This document shows, piece after piece, positions 20,443 to 31,041 of a stretch of 46,079 bases of DNA; position 1 is the first letter of the stretch; each line of letters begins with the position of its first letter. A program made the translations under genes and the position numbers. The notes below the pieces were generated by a model. It made no database searches. It was not told the origin of the DNA and was given only the letters and a program-made list of their open reading frames with translations. The DNA is from Planctomicrobium sp. (GTDB lineage Bacteria > Planctomycetota > Planctomycetia > Planctomycetales > Planctomycetaceae), in NCBI GenBank assembly GCA_035556335.1, contig DATMFC010000109.1, positions 1 through 46,079 of the forward strand, in the 5' to 3' direction.

Positions 20443-20459
20443 GAGCCTGTCTTCAAAAT

Positions 20460-20483
20460 GGAAGGGCAAAGCTGCTGCCGAGC
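20460..20483 (+). repeat. Degenerate single arm of the GGGAGGGCGA REP family
   Basis: GGAAGGGCAAAGCTGCTGCCGAGC matches GGGAGGGCGAAGCTCCTGCTGAGC at 20/24. Confidence 0.5.
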
Positions 20484-20674
20484 AGAATTGCTTCCAGGTT
20501 TGTTCTGACAGAGAGAAAAGTGGATAGGAACAGAAGGGTTAGGAACCAGGGAATGCAATGAATTCGAATCCCCTAACTTCTAATCCCTGTTTCTGATCCC
20601 CTTGCATTCATGTGGACAGACCTGGAAATTCTATAACTGCTTAATTGACACTGACACTTGCAATGGCGAACTGA

Positions 20675-22075
20675 ATGTCGGAACCAGTCACCCTTGATGA
20701 TGCCAGGCCAGTCGAGTGTGCGACTTTGCCGCAGGCCCGCTACATGGTTCTGGCTTTCGTTTGCAGCCTGTCAATGATCACCTATCTCGACCGGGTGTGC
20801 TTCGGAGTCGCGGCCCCTCAGATTGCCGCGGATTTGAATCTGGCCAGTGTGGCGGATCTGAAATGGGCGTTTACCGCGTTTGCCATTGCTTATGCGATTT
20901 TCGAAGTCCCAACCGGTTGGCTGGGGGACCGCCTGGGACCACGATCGATGTTGACTCGCATCGTTCTCTGGTGGTCCGCCTGCACGGCACTGACCGGACT
21001 CGTCGGGCTGGAGTATGCGGGGTGGACCTTTGGCGGACTGGGGGCATTGATCCTGTTGCGGTTTCTCTTCGGAGCAGGCGAAGCGGGAGCTTACCCGAAC
21101 ATCACACGGGTCATTTATAATTGGTTTCCACCACATCAATGGGAGATGGCACAGGGGTATGTCTGGATGTCCGGGCGACTGATGGGAGGAATCACTCCGT
21201 TTCTCTGGGCCATCCTTGTGACAGGAACCGGTAACACCAGTCCCCTGGTGAGTTGGCGCGAAGCATTTTTAATCTTCGGTGTCATTGGGGTGATCTGGTG
21301 CCTGCTCTTCAGAATGCTCTTTCAGAACCTTCCCCCCTCGACTGCGAGCAAAGATCCACTCGCTCATGAACAGTCCCATTCACATGACAATGTCCCATGG
21401 AAATGGTTGCTGACGAACCGGGAGCTGATCCTTTTATGTCTTGCTTATTCATTATTAAACTATGGATGGGCATTTAATATCACGTATCTTCCTGCTTATC
21501 TACAGCAGCGATTTTCCGGTGCAGCTTCTCCGGCGATCATTGCCATCTATGCCGGGGCTCCGCTGTGGATTGGAGCACTCGGATGTTTGAGTGGCGGCTA
21601 TTGCGTTTCCTGGATGGATCGCTGGTTAAAGAACAGGCGGCTGTCCCGTAAGCTGCTGGGAATGACTGCCATGCTGGGATGTGCTCTCTGCTGGGCCATC
21701 GCCAGTCAGGCCGACAACTTACACTTGTTTTGCTGGAGTGTGGCTTCGGCTGCGTTTTGCGTGGATCTGACGCTCGGCTCCGCCTGGGCCACTTGCCAGG
21801 ATATCGGACGAAAACACACCGCTGTCGCCGCGGCTCTGATGAACACCATCGGTACAATGGGAGCCGCTCTTGCCGTCTGGCTGACAGGAACTCTGGTCCA
21901 GCAAGCCGTCTCTCAACGGGCAGTGCTGGAGAATCTCCCGGTCTCCTCACTTTCAGAATCCATACGAGATGAGGCGGCGATCCAAGGATTCCAGTATGTT
22001 TTTGTGACCTACTTGTGTGTCTATCTTGCAGCGGCCCTCTGCTGGCTGCTGATGCGTCCGACACGCGACATATAA
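20675..22075 (+). CDS. MFS transporter, anion:cation symporter (sugar-acid permease-like)
   Basis: ITYLDRVC, FEVPTGWLGDRLGPR, RFLFGAGEAGAYPN, and about 12 hydrophobic segments. Confidence 0.92.
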   Translation: MSEPVTLDDARPVECATLPQARYMVLAFVCSLSMITYLDRVCFGVAAPQIAADLNLASVADLKWAFTAFAIAYAIFEVPTGWLGDRLGPRSMLTRIVLWWSACTALTGLVGLEYAGWTFGGLGALILLRFLFGAGEAGAYPNITRVIYNWFPPHQWEMAQGYVWMSGRLMGGITPFLWAILVTGTGNTSPLVSWREAFLIFGVIGVIWCLLFRMLFQNLPPSTASKDPLAHEQSHSHDNVPWKWLLTNRELILLCLAYSLLNYGWAFNITYLPAYLQQRFSGAASPAIIAIYAGAPLWIGALGCLSGGYCVSWMDRWLKNRRLSRKLLGMTAMLGCALCWAIASQADNLHLFCWSVASAAFCVDLTLGSAWATCQDIGRKHTAVAAALMNTIGTMGAALAVWLTGTLVQQAVSQRAVLENLPVSSLSESIRDEAAIQGFQYVFVTYLCVYLAAALCWLLMRPTRDI

Positions 22076-22193
22076 AAGCAATCCCACCTCTCCTCTCTTC
22101 ATCCTGTCGAAATCATCTGCCGAAGTCGCCCGGAAGATGTCTGGATTCGTTTCCGACGGCAACTTGTCATTATGCCCCTGCCTTTTTAACGGG

Positions 22194-23312
22194 TCATAAT
22201 CTCAGGGGTGCGGCAGTCAGGCGGCGAATCCCTTCGGCGGTGACAACATAGGCTTGTTCCAGTCGAATCCCCGTATGAAGTTCCGGAGCGTAAAGCCCGG
22301 GTTCCGCGGTGAAAACGTCTCCTTCCTGGAAGTCATCATCCCAATAATCATTCAAATGCGGAGCTTCATGCGGAAACAGCCCGATTCCGTGTCCCAAATG
22401 ATGAAAGAACGTTCCGGGAATCACTTCATCCAGTATTTCTCTCGCCTGCCGATAAAGTTCGCAAGCGGAAACCCCAGGACGAACGGTCCCTTCCACAAAG
22501 TCTAAAACCTGCACGATGGCAGACCATGCACGAAGCTGCTGATCAGTGGGGGAATGATCAACGCTCAAGGTGCGACAACTGTCTGAATAGTAGCCTCGAT
22601 ACGAGACACCCAGATCAAGAATGTAGAGCTCCCCTTTCTGGACTGGCCGGGGACGCGGAGGGCCGCCGGGTGAGTTGCACTGAAAATCATTGCCAATTGC
22701 CAGCAACGGCTCTCCCGCCACATTGACCGCCACGGCATGAAGTTGATTGAACACCTCCAACTCCGTGATGCCGGGGGAGATAATTTCCCGGGCTCGCTGA
22801 TACATCGCCTCCGTGCAGTCAAAGGCGCGCTGAATCATGGCCAGTTCGTCCACGTCCTTGCGACGTCGCAACATCCAGAGATCTGGTTCAAGATCAAAGA
22901 CATGAGGATGCGTTTCGAGCCACGGCACCTTCAGCGCCGGATTGACAGACGCCTCAATTCCCATCCTCTGGCCATCGGTTCTGGATAAGACGTGAGGCCA
23001 GACCACGTCCAAGGCTGCGGAAAGTTGATCCTGACGCAGGGTGCATTGCCACTGAGCATCAAACGTGACGATCTCCGACGCGACACCCTGATCGGATATC
23101 TGTCTGGGAACAGCCAGAACCGTTTGACCATTCGGAAAGAGGGCGACCGCCGCCTGAAAGACATGAGGAGGACGAAACCCGGTGAAATACTGGACGTGTT
23201 CAGGGCGGACCAGGAGGGCGAAGTCCACGTCACGTTGAGAAAGAATGTTTCCCAGCCGTTTCTGGCGTTCAAGACAGAATTCCGGATTCAGTGTGAGTGA
23301 CCGTTGGTCCAT
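22194..23312 (-). CDS. M24 Xaa-Pro peptidase family metallohydrolase
   Basis: Creatinase-like N domain. Metal ligands ILDLG, YSDSCRT, HHLGHGIG, TAEPG and IRLE. Confidence 0.9.
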   Translation of the reverse strand: MDQRSLTLNPEFCLERQKRLGNILSQRDVDFALLVRPEHVQYFTGFRPPHVFQAAVALFPNGQTVLAVPRQISDQGVASEIVTFDAQWQCTLRQDQLSAALDVVWPHVLSRTDGQRMGIEASVNPALKVPWLETHPHVFDLEPDLWMLRRRKDVDELAMIQRAFDCTEAMYQRAREIISPGITELEVFNQLHAVAVNVAGEPLLAIGNDFQCNSPGGPPRPRPVQKGELYILDLGVSYRGYYSDSCRTLSVDHSPTDQQLRAWSAIVQVLDFVEGTVRPGVSACELYRQAREILDEVIPGTFFHHLGHGIGLFPHEAPHLNDYWDDDFQEGDVFTAEPGLYAPELHTGIRLEQAYVVTAEGIRRLTAAPLRL

Positions 23313-23360
23313 GAGAGGAGATTCCGAAGACGAGCCTGTGACAATGATGTTTGACCAAGA

Positions 23361-24002
23361 TCAAAGCACCCCGAATCGGGCGTACGCTTCCGTTGCCAGC
23401 ATGCCGTTGCGAATGGCTTCCCGCACCCGGTTTTCTTCCGTAACTTTCTTTCGGGCGAACTCAAGCACCTCCTGCTCAATCGCCTGAGGCACGAACACGA
23501 TCCCGTCTTCGTCGGCGACGACCAGATCTCCTGAATGAACCACCACTCCGCAGATTTCCACCGGAACATCATAATCCAGGACCCGCTGCCGGTTCTGACT
23601 GTCCAGGGGACAGGTTCCCAGGGCATAGACGGGAAAATCGTAGGATCTCATCCGGGCGAGATCGCGTACTGCTCCTTCCGCAACCACCCCGCGACACCCC
23701 CGATTCAAGGCTGCCGTTGTCAGCAGTTCCCCCCAGATCCCGGAACGCATGGAACCGGAAGCTGCCGCAATCACGACATCCCCCTCGTTCAGCGAGTCCA
23801 CCGCCTGCAATTCCTTGGCGTAAGGCTCAGGATCTTTGTGAAACAGGTCTCCCCATAATGTGGTGCGACATCGGCCGATCAATGCCCGACGGACCGTCAA
23901 CGGGGCCAGTCCCGGTGTGGCGCATTGCCCACCATAACCGAGCGTATCCAACGCGTCACTGACCACCGCAGAATGCAAATCACTGACATCAAACTGAATC
24001 AT
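23361..24002 (-). CDS. RraA family protein / HMG-CHA-type class II aldolase
   Basis: AVVSDALD, IWGELLT, EGAVRD, and GDLVVADEDGIVFVP. Confidence 0.9.
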   Translation of the reverse strand: MIQFDVSDLHSAVVSDALDTLGYGGQCATPGLAPLTVRRALIGRCRTTLWGDLFHKDPEPYAKELQAVDSLNEGDVVIAAASGSMRSGIWGELLTTAALNRGCRGVVAEGAVRDLARMRSYDFPVYALGTCPLDSQNRQRVLDYDVPVEICGVVVHSGDLVVADEDGIVFVPQAIEQEVLEFARKKVTEENRVREAIRNGMLATEAYARFGVL

Positions 24003-24047
24003 TTCGAAATCTCCAGAACCTGTTTTGGAAACACCTTCATATTAATA

Positions 24048-24244
24048 ATGTGCACAAAATTTAGAAGAACAGATAATAAAGAATCCTCAAATTTTCCCAG
24101 CCACATCGGAAAACACCCATCTCGAATTCGCAAAACTGAAGACAAGAAAGGCTTTTTCCGTCAGTGTTTATTGAAATTCAAGGAAAAATTCGATTAAATT
24201 TTTACTGATGCACTATTGACTTTGTACACATTTTCATGCAAAAT
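24048..24244. promoter_or_regulatory. Candidate GntR operators and sigma-70-like promoter
   Basis: ATGTGCACAA (24048-24057) and its inverted near-match TTGTACACAT (24222-24231). TTGACT (24216-24221) is followed after 17 bp by CAAAAT (24239-24244). Confidence 0.5.
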
Positions 24245-24251
24245 CATCTTC

Positions 24252-24923
24252 ATGATCACTTTGTCGTCCCAAAATGGAAAACAGCACTCCAACCGCAGCA
24301 ACGAGCGTTGCTATGAGATCCTGCGGCGAATGCTGATTTGCGGTCAGATTCCCCCAGGGACACGACTGCGAGAGGTCGAGTGGTCAGAGAAACTGGGAGT
24401 TCAACGAGCGGCTCTTCGTGAGGCGATGGTTTTGCTCGTTCACGACGGTTTACTCCTGCGTCGCCCCAGCGGAGGATTCTTCACTCCGCGTCTGGATGAG
24501 ATTGATACCGACTGTATTGTAGACGCACGAATCGTATTGGAAGTCGGGGGTGTGAAGCTCACCTGTCAGCGAAATCTTCCCTCTGCGGCATTTCAGCCGG
24601 TGGAAAATGTCTGCGACATGATGGAGCGATGCCATGAGGCCGGAATGGCTTCCGGGTTTGCAGAAGCGGACTTTCTCTTTCATCAAAAGTTGCTGGAACT
24701 TTCCGGCAACTCTTCACTGATACAAATGTTTTCTCACTCCGCCCAGTTGATTTTTGTCGTCGCTCCCGTGACCGGGGAACAGCGGCGGCAGGCAGAGTTA
24801 AGCACAATTCGTGATCATCGAAATATTTTAAGCCTGGTGCAGGCTGGAGACGCGGATCAAGCCATTGCCAGCCTGGAAAAACATCTTCTGGCAACGAAAG
24901 CTGGCCTGAAGGCGATTCGTTAA
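24252..24923 (+). CDS. GntR/FadR-family regulator (FCD domain)
   Basis: GQIPPGTRLREVEWSEKLGVQRAALREA, ADFLFH, and DHRNIL. ATG at 24252 preferred to TTG at 24216. Confidence 0.9.
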   Translation: MITLSSQNGKQHSNRSNERCYEILRRMLICGQIPPGTRLREVEWSEKLGVQRAALREAMVLLVHDGLLLRRPSGGFFTPRLDEIDTDCIVDARIVLEVGGVKLTCQRNLPSAAFQPVENVCDMMERCHEAGMASGFAEADFLFHQKLLELSGNSSLIQMFSHSAQLIFVVAPVTGEQRRQAELSTIRDHRNILSLVQAGDADQAIASLEKHLLATKAGLKAIR

Positions 24924-25052
24924 CACAGCGTTCAGTGGATTTGGTTCAGAAGATAACTGCTTTGATTGGAAATTTCATGAGTGCTGCGGTGCTTGCTTCT
25001 GGCAGCAGTATTTCACCCTTCATTAGGCATTTTACTTCGGGAGTCTTCCCAG

Positions 25053-25991
25053 ATGTCCAACTGTTTCCTTGTCTTCAGGCGATCGTATCGCGCCTTCACG
25101 CTGATTGAACTACTGGTTGTCATCGCCATTATCGCAATTTTGGTTGCATTACTGCTCCCAGCTGTTCAGCAGGCCCGGGAAGCGGCACGGCGATCGTCAT
25201 GTAAAAATAATTTCAAGCAGGTCGGATTGGCACTTCATAATTATCATGACACGCACCGAGTGTTTCCTATGGGGTCGGGTCTTGGCGGTGGCAGTTGCGT
25301 TCCCCGATTTACTCCTCCAACAGGAGCTGCTCCTCATGTCCTTTCGTGGGGAGTCCATATTCTCCCGTTCCTTGAACAATCGACTCGATACAGCAATGTG
25401 AACTTCAATACGGTTCTGACCACCAGCGGAATTTCTAACTTTGATCCAAGTACCGCCCTCGGTCCGATTTCGACATTTCTTTGTCCAAGCAATCCTCAGT
25501 CGGCAGCATTGATCGGTGGTCTGACCGGGAATGCTCCTGACGGATTGGTTCCCAGAACCGACATCGGAGGAGTCGCTGATTCCGTCAACTGGAGATGCCG
25601 GCTGGCAAATGGCACTGTAGACGTCCGCCCGACAGGAGTTGGTGATGGTGTCCTGTTTAATATCTCGAAGATCTCACTCGCCTTGGTCACCGATGGGACC
25701 AGCAACACACTGATGGCTGGAGAAATCACCGGGAATCCCAACAACAATCAGGGAAACAGCTACGTGATGTATGACGTCTTCGACACGTCCGGGGGGATCA
25801 ATGGCTCCGCTACTGTTCCCGGCGGAGGCGCATGGGGTTTTCGTCCTCAAGGATTTTCCAGCTTTCATGTGGGTGGTGCTCATTTCGTTCTCTGCGACGG
25901 ATCGGTTCGGTTTCTATCCGAAAACCTCGATCAGGGGATACTTACCGGTCTGACCACACGTGAGGGAGCTGAGGCGGTCGGCGCATTCTAG
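25053..25991 (+). CDS. DUF1559 protein with prepilin-type N-terminus
   Basis: [53 protein letters not shown], and [18 protein letters not shown]. Confidence 0.95.
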   Translation: MSNCFLVFRRSYRAFTLIELLVVIAIIAILVALLLPAVQQAREAARRSSCKNNFKQVGLALHNYHDTHRVFPMGSGLGGGSCVPRFTPPTGAAPHVLSWGVHILPFLEQSTRYSNVNFNTVLTTSGISNFDPSTALGPISTFLCPSNPQSAALIGGLTGNAPDGLVPRTDIGGVADSVNWRCRLANGTVDVRPTGVGDGVLFNISKISLALVTDGTSNTLMAGEITGNPNNNQGNSYVMYDVFDTSGGINGSATVPGGGAWGFRPQGFSSFHVGGAHFVLCDGSVRFLSENLDQGILTGLTTREGAEAVGAF

Positions 25992-26047
25992 GACAGCATT
26001 AAGGTTTCTGTTTCTATATTGCTGATCGATCTCGAGTGAGGTGCCGC

Positions 26048-26491
26048 ATGACTGTGCAATGGAGAATCATGCTGTGTTGTTCCATCCTGGGCATATCTGC
26101 CGGTTGTGGGGGATTCGGCAGTCAGGATGCGCCTGCGCGTCGAATTGTGGAGGGGATGGTGACATATGGTGCTGTACCACTTGAGTCTGGCGAAATTCGC
26201 TTTTTCCCAGAGCCAAGTGGTCCAGTTGCCAGTGCGATGATTAAAGATGGAAAGTATCGCGTCACCAATAAGGGAGGCGTTCCCATCGGTGCAGTTCGAG
26301 TTGAAATTACAAGTGCGGCCGACACCTCCAAATTGAGTGAAGACGACATTCTTTCAGGACAGGATACTTCTTCCGTTGTGACTTCCTCTGGCGTAGTCAT
26401 TCCTGCCAGGTATAACACTGAAACCACGCTGAAGGACGCCATCCCCCGAGGATATAATCCGCATATTATCAACTATGAATTAACCAGATGA
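26048..26491 (+). CDS. Small lipoprotein of the DUF1559-associated type
   Basis: Lipobox SAGC, VEGMVTYGAVPLESGEIRFFP, and IPARYNTETTL. Homologous to 10849-11265. Confidence 0.85.
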   Translation: MTVQWRIMLCCSILGISAGCGGFGSQDAPARRIVEGMVTYGAVPLESGEIRFFPEPSGPVASAMIKDGKYRVTNKGGVPIGAVRVEITSAADTSKLSEDDILSGQDTSSVVTSSGVVIPARYNTETTLKDAIPRGYNPHIINYELTR

Positions 26492-26522
26492 CATACGATG
26501 TTATCTACTTCAGGAATGATTG

Positions 26523-28208
26523 ATGTCATCAACATTAAAGTCGTTGCTAACCACATTGTTTTCTGCACATGGGCGAATGCTCATCTGGAGCGTCTTTGCA
26601 TTCTGGTTTCCCGTGATGGTTCTGTCAGCGGAACTGCTTTCTTCGTCGGGGAAGGTTCAGGCGGAATCCATATCGCTCGATCAACTGCGTGCTGCCCGCA
26701 AGCAGGCGGCTCAGCGCGAGCGGCGTGTGATCTTCAACAACGATGGCAATGAGCCAATCTATCTGTGCCGGGACACCACCCCCGAAGAACTGCTTCGGCA
26801 CCGTACCGCACCGCTCGCCGGGACACACGTTGACACAATCTTCTACTGCACCTGGAGCAGTGGCTTCGGGATGTTTACGCATGACACCAAGATCGGACAC
26901 GTCTTTAACACTAAGGAAGATCTGTTCTCCAAGAATATCATTGACAAAATGCTGGCTGCGGGAACCGATCCACTTCGGGTCATGGTTGACTTTGGCAAGC
27001 AGAACAATATCGAAATCTTCTGGTCGTTCCGTTTGAATGACACGCACGATGCTGGGCTGTCTGGTTACGGTCCGGTGATGTTGCGGGCAAATCCTCTCAA
27101 GTTGGAACACCCGGAATGGCTGATCGGCACGCCGAAGCAACGGCCGAAGTATGGCGGTTGGAGTGCGGTTGATTTCACTCGCCTGGAAATTCGTGATCTG
27201 GCAGTCAAGTATGTCGAAGAGGTGTGTCGGAACTACAACGTCGACGGGATTGAGATTGATTTCTTCCGTCATCCGGTCTTTTTCAAACGAGCCGCCCAGA
27301 CAGGCACGCCTTGCAACGATGAAGAACGAAGACTGATGACGGAGATGATTCGCCGCGTGCGCACGGTCACTGAAGTTGAAGGACAGAAACGGAACCGGCC
27401 CATTCTATTTGGTGTTCGGATTCCCGATTCCGTCGCGTATTGCCGCGACATCGGGTTAGACGTCGAGGCATGGCTCCGTGACGACCTGGTCGATCTGTTG
27501 GCAGTCTCCGGCTATTTTCAGCTCAATAACTGGGAGACCTCGGTAGCACTGGGCCGCAAGTACAGTGTCCCTGTTTATCCTTCGCTGGACGAATCCCGGG
27601 TACGTGACGATGCTGCGAAGAAGCTGCGGATGAGTGTCTCGTCATATCGCGGCCGGGCACTTGCGGCCCGGCAAGCAGGAATGGATGGGGTGTATCTGTT
27701 CAACGCCTTCAATCCTCATGATCCGATCTGGCGGGAACTTGGGGATCCCGAAATGTTGCAGAAGCTCGATCAGGACTACTTCGCCAGTATCCGAGGGGTC
27801 GGGGCTGCCGCAGGAGGGACGTTACCACATCGCGATTACCAGCACGCTCCGACCTTGAATCCGAAAAATCCTCTTTTGATCAAGCCCGGAAAGCCAGCAG
27901 AGGTCGAGTTTCCGTTCGCCTGTCAATTGGACAGGGCTGCGTCGGAGGCTGTGCCCAAAATTTCGTTACGTTTGCAATTCGATAATGCCAATGCCAGCAA
28001 TCTTAATGTCGCTTTAAATGGCGAACTATTAGAGATGCCTCAGCAAGTCAACAATTGGCTTGAATTCTCATTACAACCCGCCCAGCTCACACCAGGTACG
28101 AATCATGTCAAAGTTACTCTGAACGACTCTGCAGGCCAGATCAATTGGACCGATTTACATTGCACGGTGCGCTGGCCACAAGAGTCCCATCAATCTCTGA
28201 CGAAGTAA
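26523..28208 (+). CDS. Glycosyl hydrolase-like family 10 (GHL10)-type TIM-barrel protein
   Basis: RRVIFNNDG, FWSFRLNDTH, VDFTRLEIRD, YNVDGIEIDFFRHP, and DGVYLFN. Signal peptide; start may be 26577. Confidence 0.65.
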   Translation: MSSTLKSLLTTLFSAHGRMLIWSVFAFWFPVMVLSAELLSSSGKVQAESISLDQLRAARKQAAQRERRVIFNNDGNEPIYLCRDTTPEELLRHRTAPLAGTHVDTIFYCTWSSGFGMFTHDTKIGHVFNTKEDLFSKNIIDKMLAAGTDPLRVMVDFGKQNNIEIFWSFRLNDTHDAGLSGYGPVMLRANPLKLEHPEWLIGTPKQRPKYGGWSAVDFTRLEIRDLAVKYVEEVCRNYNVDGIEIDFFRHPVFFKRAAQTGTPCNDEERRLMTEMIRRVRTVTEVEGQKRNRPILFGVRIPDSVAYCRDIGLDVEAWLRDDLVDLLAVSGYFQLNNWETSVALGRKYSVPVYPSLDESRVRDDAAKKLRMSVSSYRGRALAARQAGMDGVYLFNAFNPHDPIWRELGDPEMLQKLDQDYFASIRGVGAAAGGTLPHRDYQHAPTLNPKNPLLIKPGKPAEVEFPFACQLDRAASEAVPKISLRLQFDNANASNLNVALNGELLEMPQQVNNWLEFSLQPAQLTPGTNHVKVTLNDSAGQINWTDLHCTVRWPQESHQSLTK

Positions 28209-28217
28209 TTTTGGATA

Positions 28218-29138
28218 ATGAAAACGACGACTCCACATCACACGATGATCGGCAATCAGAGTGGTCCCCGGTTGTTGATCCTCGCCGGAGTTCATGGAGA
28301 TGAATACGAACCGATCGCAGCGGTTCGTCAATTGCTGAAGACTATCGATGCCGAACGCCTTTCCGGTCAGGTGACGCTCGTGCCGGTTGTGAACCATCCG
28401 GCATTTCAGCGGGTGTCACGAACCGGACCGGATCAACTCGATCTGGCAAGAACCATGCCCGGCCGGGAAGACGGATCGATCACAGAACAGATTGCCTGGG
28501 AAACGGCAAAGCTGATACATGACTGCGACTATTTAATTGATCTGCATACCGGAGGATTGGCGATGCAAATCAGTCCTCTCTCCGGATATCTGCTTCATGA
28601 AGATCCGAACGTGTTGAATCTTCAACGTCGAATGGCGACAGCTTTTAATTTGCCGATTATCTGGGGAACAAGTCCGAAGTTAAATGGTCGCACATTATCC
28701 ATTGCGCGTGACGCCAATATTCCTGCCATTTATGCGGAATGGGGAGGTGGGACGGGATGCGATCCCCAGGGAGTCAGCGATTATGTAAACGGCTGTCTGA
28801 ATGTGATGCGGGAACTCAACATGATCCACCATCCACAGCCAGAAAATCAGGCGCGGTGCCGTGTCGAAGACCATCGTTATGAAAGCGGCATCTTTCAGAA
28901 GAATTATCCCGCCCCCCATGCCGGATTTTTTGAACCTGTCGTCACACTCAATGACCATGTTCAACCCGGCGATATTCTGGGTTGGGTTCATTCGGTCGCT
29001 GAAGATCGTTCAACGGCCGTTCGTTCCGTACATCAGGGGATTGTCATCTTATTAAGAGTCATTCCCTCCGTAAATCCAGGAGACTGTTTATCAACAGTTC
29101 TGGAAGCGGATGGTGACGGGGAATTCCATTATGAATGA
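28218..29138 (+). CDS. AstE/AspA family deacylase
   Basis: AGVHGDEYEP, DLARTMPG, IDLHTGG, and YAEWGGG. Confidence 0.9.
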   Translation: MKTTTPHHTMIGNQSGPRLLILAGVHGDEYEPIAAVRQLLKTIDAERLSGQVTLVPVVNHPAFQRVSRTGPDQLDLARTMPGREDGSITEQIAWETAKLIHDCDYLIDLHTGGLAMQISPLSGYLLHEDPNVLNLQRRMATAFNLPIIWGTSPKLNGRTLSIARDANIPAIYAEWGGGTGCDPQGVSDYVNGCLNVMRELNMIHHPQPENQARCRVEDHRYESGIFQKNYPAPHAGFFEPVVTLNDHVQPGDILGWVHSVAEDRSTAVRSVHQGIVILLRVIPSVNPGDCLSTVLEADGDGEFHYE

Positions 29139-29961
29139 ACGTCCCGTCGCCTTTATTACCGGCGCCTCGCGAGGTATCGGTGCGGAAACCGCGAGAGAGT
29201 TCGCCAGGCACGGTTACGATTGTGTTCTCGTCGCTGATGAATCAGACCGTCTGGATGAAGTTGCGTTCAGTTTAAAAGCGCTGGACGCAAAAACACTTAT
29301 CTGTCATGGCGATTTATATGACCTCGACTTTGCCCGGCATTCAGTTGAACGCTGTCAGGAACAATGGGGGAGAATCGACGTTCTGGTGAATAATGCTGCG
29401 TGGCGAGAGATTGTCACGATGCGCCGTATCGAGCTTTCTTCCTGGGAGAAGACATTACGGATCTGCCTGACAGTTCCGGCCTTTCTGGCGAGATGGTGTG
29501 CGGAAGTGATGGAACCAACGGGGCGAGGAGTCATTCTAAACGTCTCCAGTATTCAGTCACGGTTTACTAGTGGGATCAGTCCTGCCTATATCGCCGCGAA
29601 AGGAGGACTTGACTCATTAACATATGAACTTGCCGCTCTTTATGGGGCAGCAGGAATTCGTGTTCTGAGCGTGAATCCCGGGGCTATCGACACCGATCTC
29701 AGCAAAAATCATGGATCGATAAAGAGTGACGAATCGCTGAGAAATTACGTCGAAGGGATGATTCCCTTAGGACGCTATGGAAATCCTGAAGAAATTGCGA
29801 AAACATTAATAATGCTGGCCAGTGATTCCGCCAGTTATCTCACCGGAACCTGCATTGAAATCGACGGAGGCTGGTCTCATCAGTGCACTCCTTATGCGCT
29901 AAAACAGATGCAGATGCCTGAGGAGTTTATGAAATCAAGAAAGCCATTGACTGATGTTTGA
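29131..29961 (+). CDS. SDR family oxidoreductase
   Basis: TGASRGIG, LVNNAA, YIAAK (YxxxK), and NPGAIDT. Start overlaps the upstream stop. Confidence 0.93.
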   Translation: MNERPVAFITGASRGIGAETAREFARHGYDCVLVADESDRLDEVAFSLKALDAKTLICHGDLYDLDFARHSVERCQEQWGRIDVLVNNAAWREIVTMRRIELSSWEKTLRICLTVPAFLARWCAEVMEPTGRGVILNVSSIQSRFTSGISPAYIAAKGGLDSLTYELAALYGAAGIRVLSVNPGAIDTDLSKNHGSIKSDESLRNYVEGMIPLGRYGNPEEIAKTLIMLASDSASYLTGTCIEIDGGWSHQCTPYALKQMQMPEEFMKSRKPLTDV

Positions 29962-31006
29962 GTCGCTCTCACTGGGAGAAGGAATGACGCCGGTGGTTCG
30001 GTCCCGTCGAATCGGACCGGCAGCGGGTCTGGAGAATCTGTACTTCAAGCTGGAGTCATTGAATCCGACGGGATCGTATAAGGACCGCTTTGCCGCTGCT
30101 GCCGTCAACGCGATGTTGAAATCGGGGAAGCGAAGAGTTGTCGCCTCGTCGAGTGGAAACGCCGGAGCAGCATTGGCGGCTTATTGTGCGGCGGCAGGAA
30201 TCGTATGTCAGATCGCGGTTGTCGCAGGTGCTCCGGAAGGAAAGCTGAAGCAGATGCTGGCGTATGGCGCACAACTTTGGAGGATTCAGGATTTTGGTTT
30301 TGATCCTCAAGTGACGGAACGGGTCATCGAATACCTGACGTTTCTCGGTCGGGCTCCCGACACGGAACTCCAGATTTCCGCATATCAGCATAGCCCTGTC
30401 GGCATGGCGGGAGTGGAATCGATTAGCATCGAACTTATTGAACAAATGTCGTTCATAAAAAAACAAATTGACCATGTTTTTGTCTGCTCCGGTGGAGGCG
30501 GACTGCTTCTCGCAGTCGCCAGAGGATTTCAAAAAATAATTCATTCCGGGTCATTAAAAAATGGTCCTCGAATCCACTGTGTGCAACCCGAAGGAAATAA
30601 CACGATTGCCGGACCGCTCAAACAAGGAGCGGCAACCGCGAGTCCTTGTGAGCGCTCCACGACCGAAATCACCGGGCTCCAGGTGCCGAGTGTGATTGAT
30701 GGCCATGAGGTCGTCACGGCCTGCCGTTTTTCTGGAGGAACGGGATTCCTGGTGGATGACGAGACCGTTTATCAATTGCAGGCCCGCCTGGCCCGGGAAG
30801 AAGGAATTTTCTGTGAGCCTGCCGCAGCGGTTCCCTTGGCCGGTGCACTCCAAGCCAGAAAACAGGGATTCATTGCCTCGGAAGAAACGGTCATCTGTCT
30901 CGTGACGGGGACCGGGTTTAAAGATCCCCACGCAGTCGACCGAATGCTTCCTGGAAGTGAGTGCCCCACGGTCACGCTGGAGGAATTCCAGCGTCAAACC
31001 ACCTGA
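29954..31006 (+). CDS. PLP-dependent fold-type II enzyme, threonine synthase-like
   Basis: KLESLNPTGSYKDR (PLP Lys), SSSGNAG, SGGGGL, EGIFCEPAAA, and TGTGFKD. Confidence 0.88.
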   Translation: MFESLSLGEGMTPVVRSRRIGPAAGLENLYFKLESLNPTGSYKDRFAAAAVNAMLKSGKRRVVASSSGNAGAALAAYCAAAGIVCQIAVVAGAPEGKLKQMLAYGAQLWRIQDFGFDPQVTERVIEYLTFLGRAPDTELQISAYQHSPVGMAGVESISIELIEQMSFIKKQIDHVFVCSGGGGLLLAVARGFQKIIHSGSLKNGPRIHCVQPEGNNTIAGPLKQGAATASPCERSTTEITGLQVPSVIDGHEVVTACRFSGGTGFLVDDETVYQLQARLAREEGIFCEPAAAVPLAGALQARKQGFIASEETVICLVTGTGFKDPHAVDRMLPGSECPTVTLEEFQRQTT

Positions 31007-31041
31007 TTCATATTGTTTATTTTAGAATAAAGGACATGTCT

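Noticed and set aside
18192-31006. Ectoine/hydroxyectoine degradation (DoeA/DoeB/EutB-like set: M24 hydrolase, AstE deacylase, PLP enzyme)
   Set aside because: No DABA aminotransferase, aldehyde dehydrogenase, cyclodeaminase, MocR/Lrp regulator or ectoine ABC/TRAP transporter. The context is sugar-acid enzymes and a sialidase-like protein.
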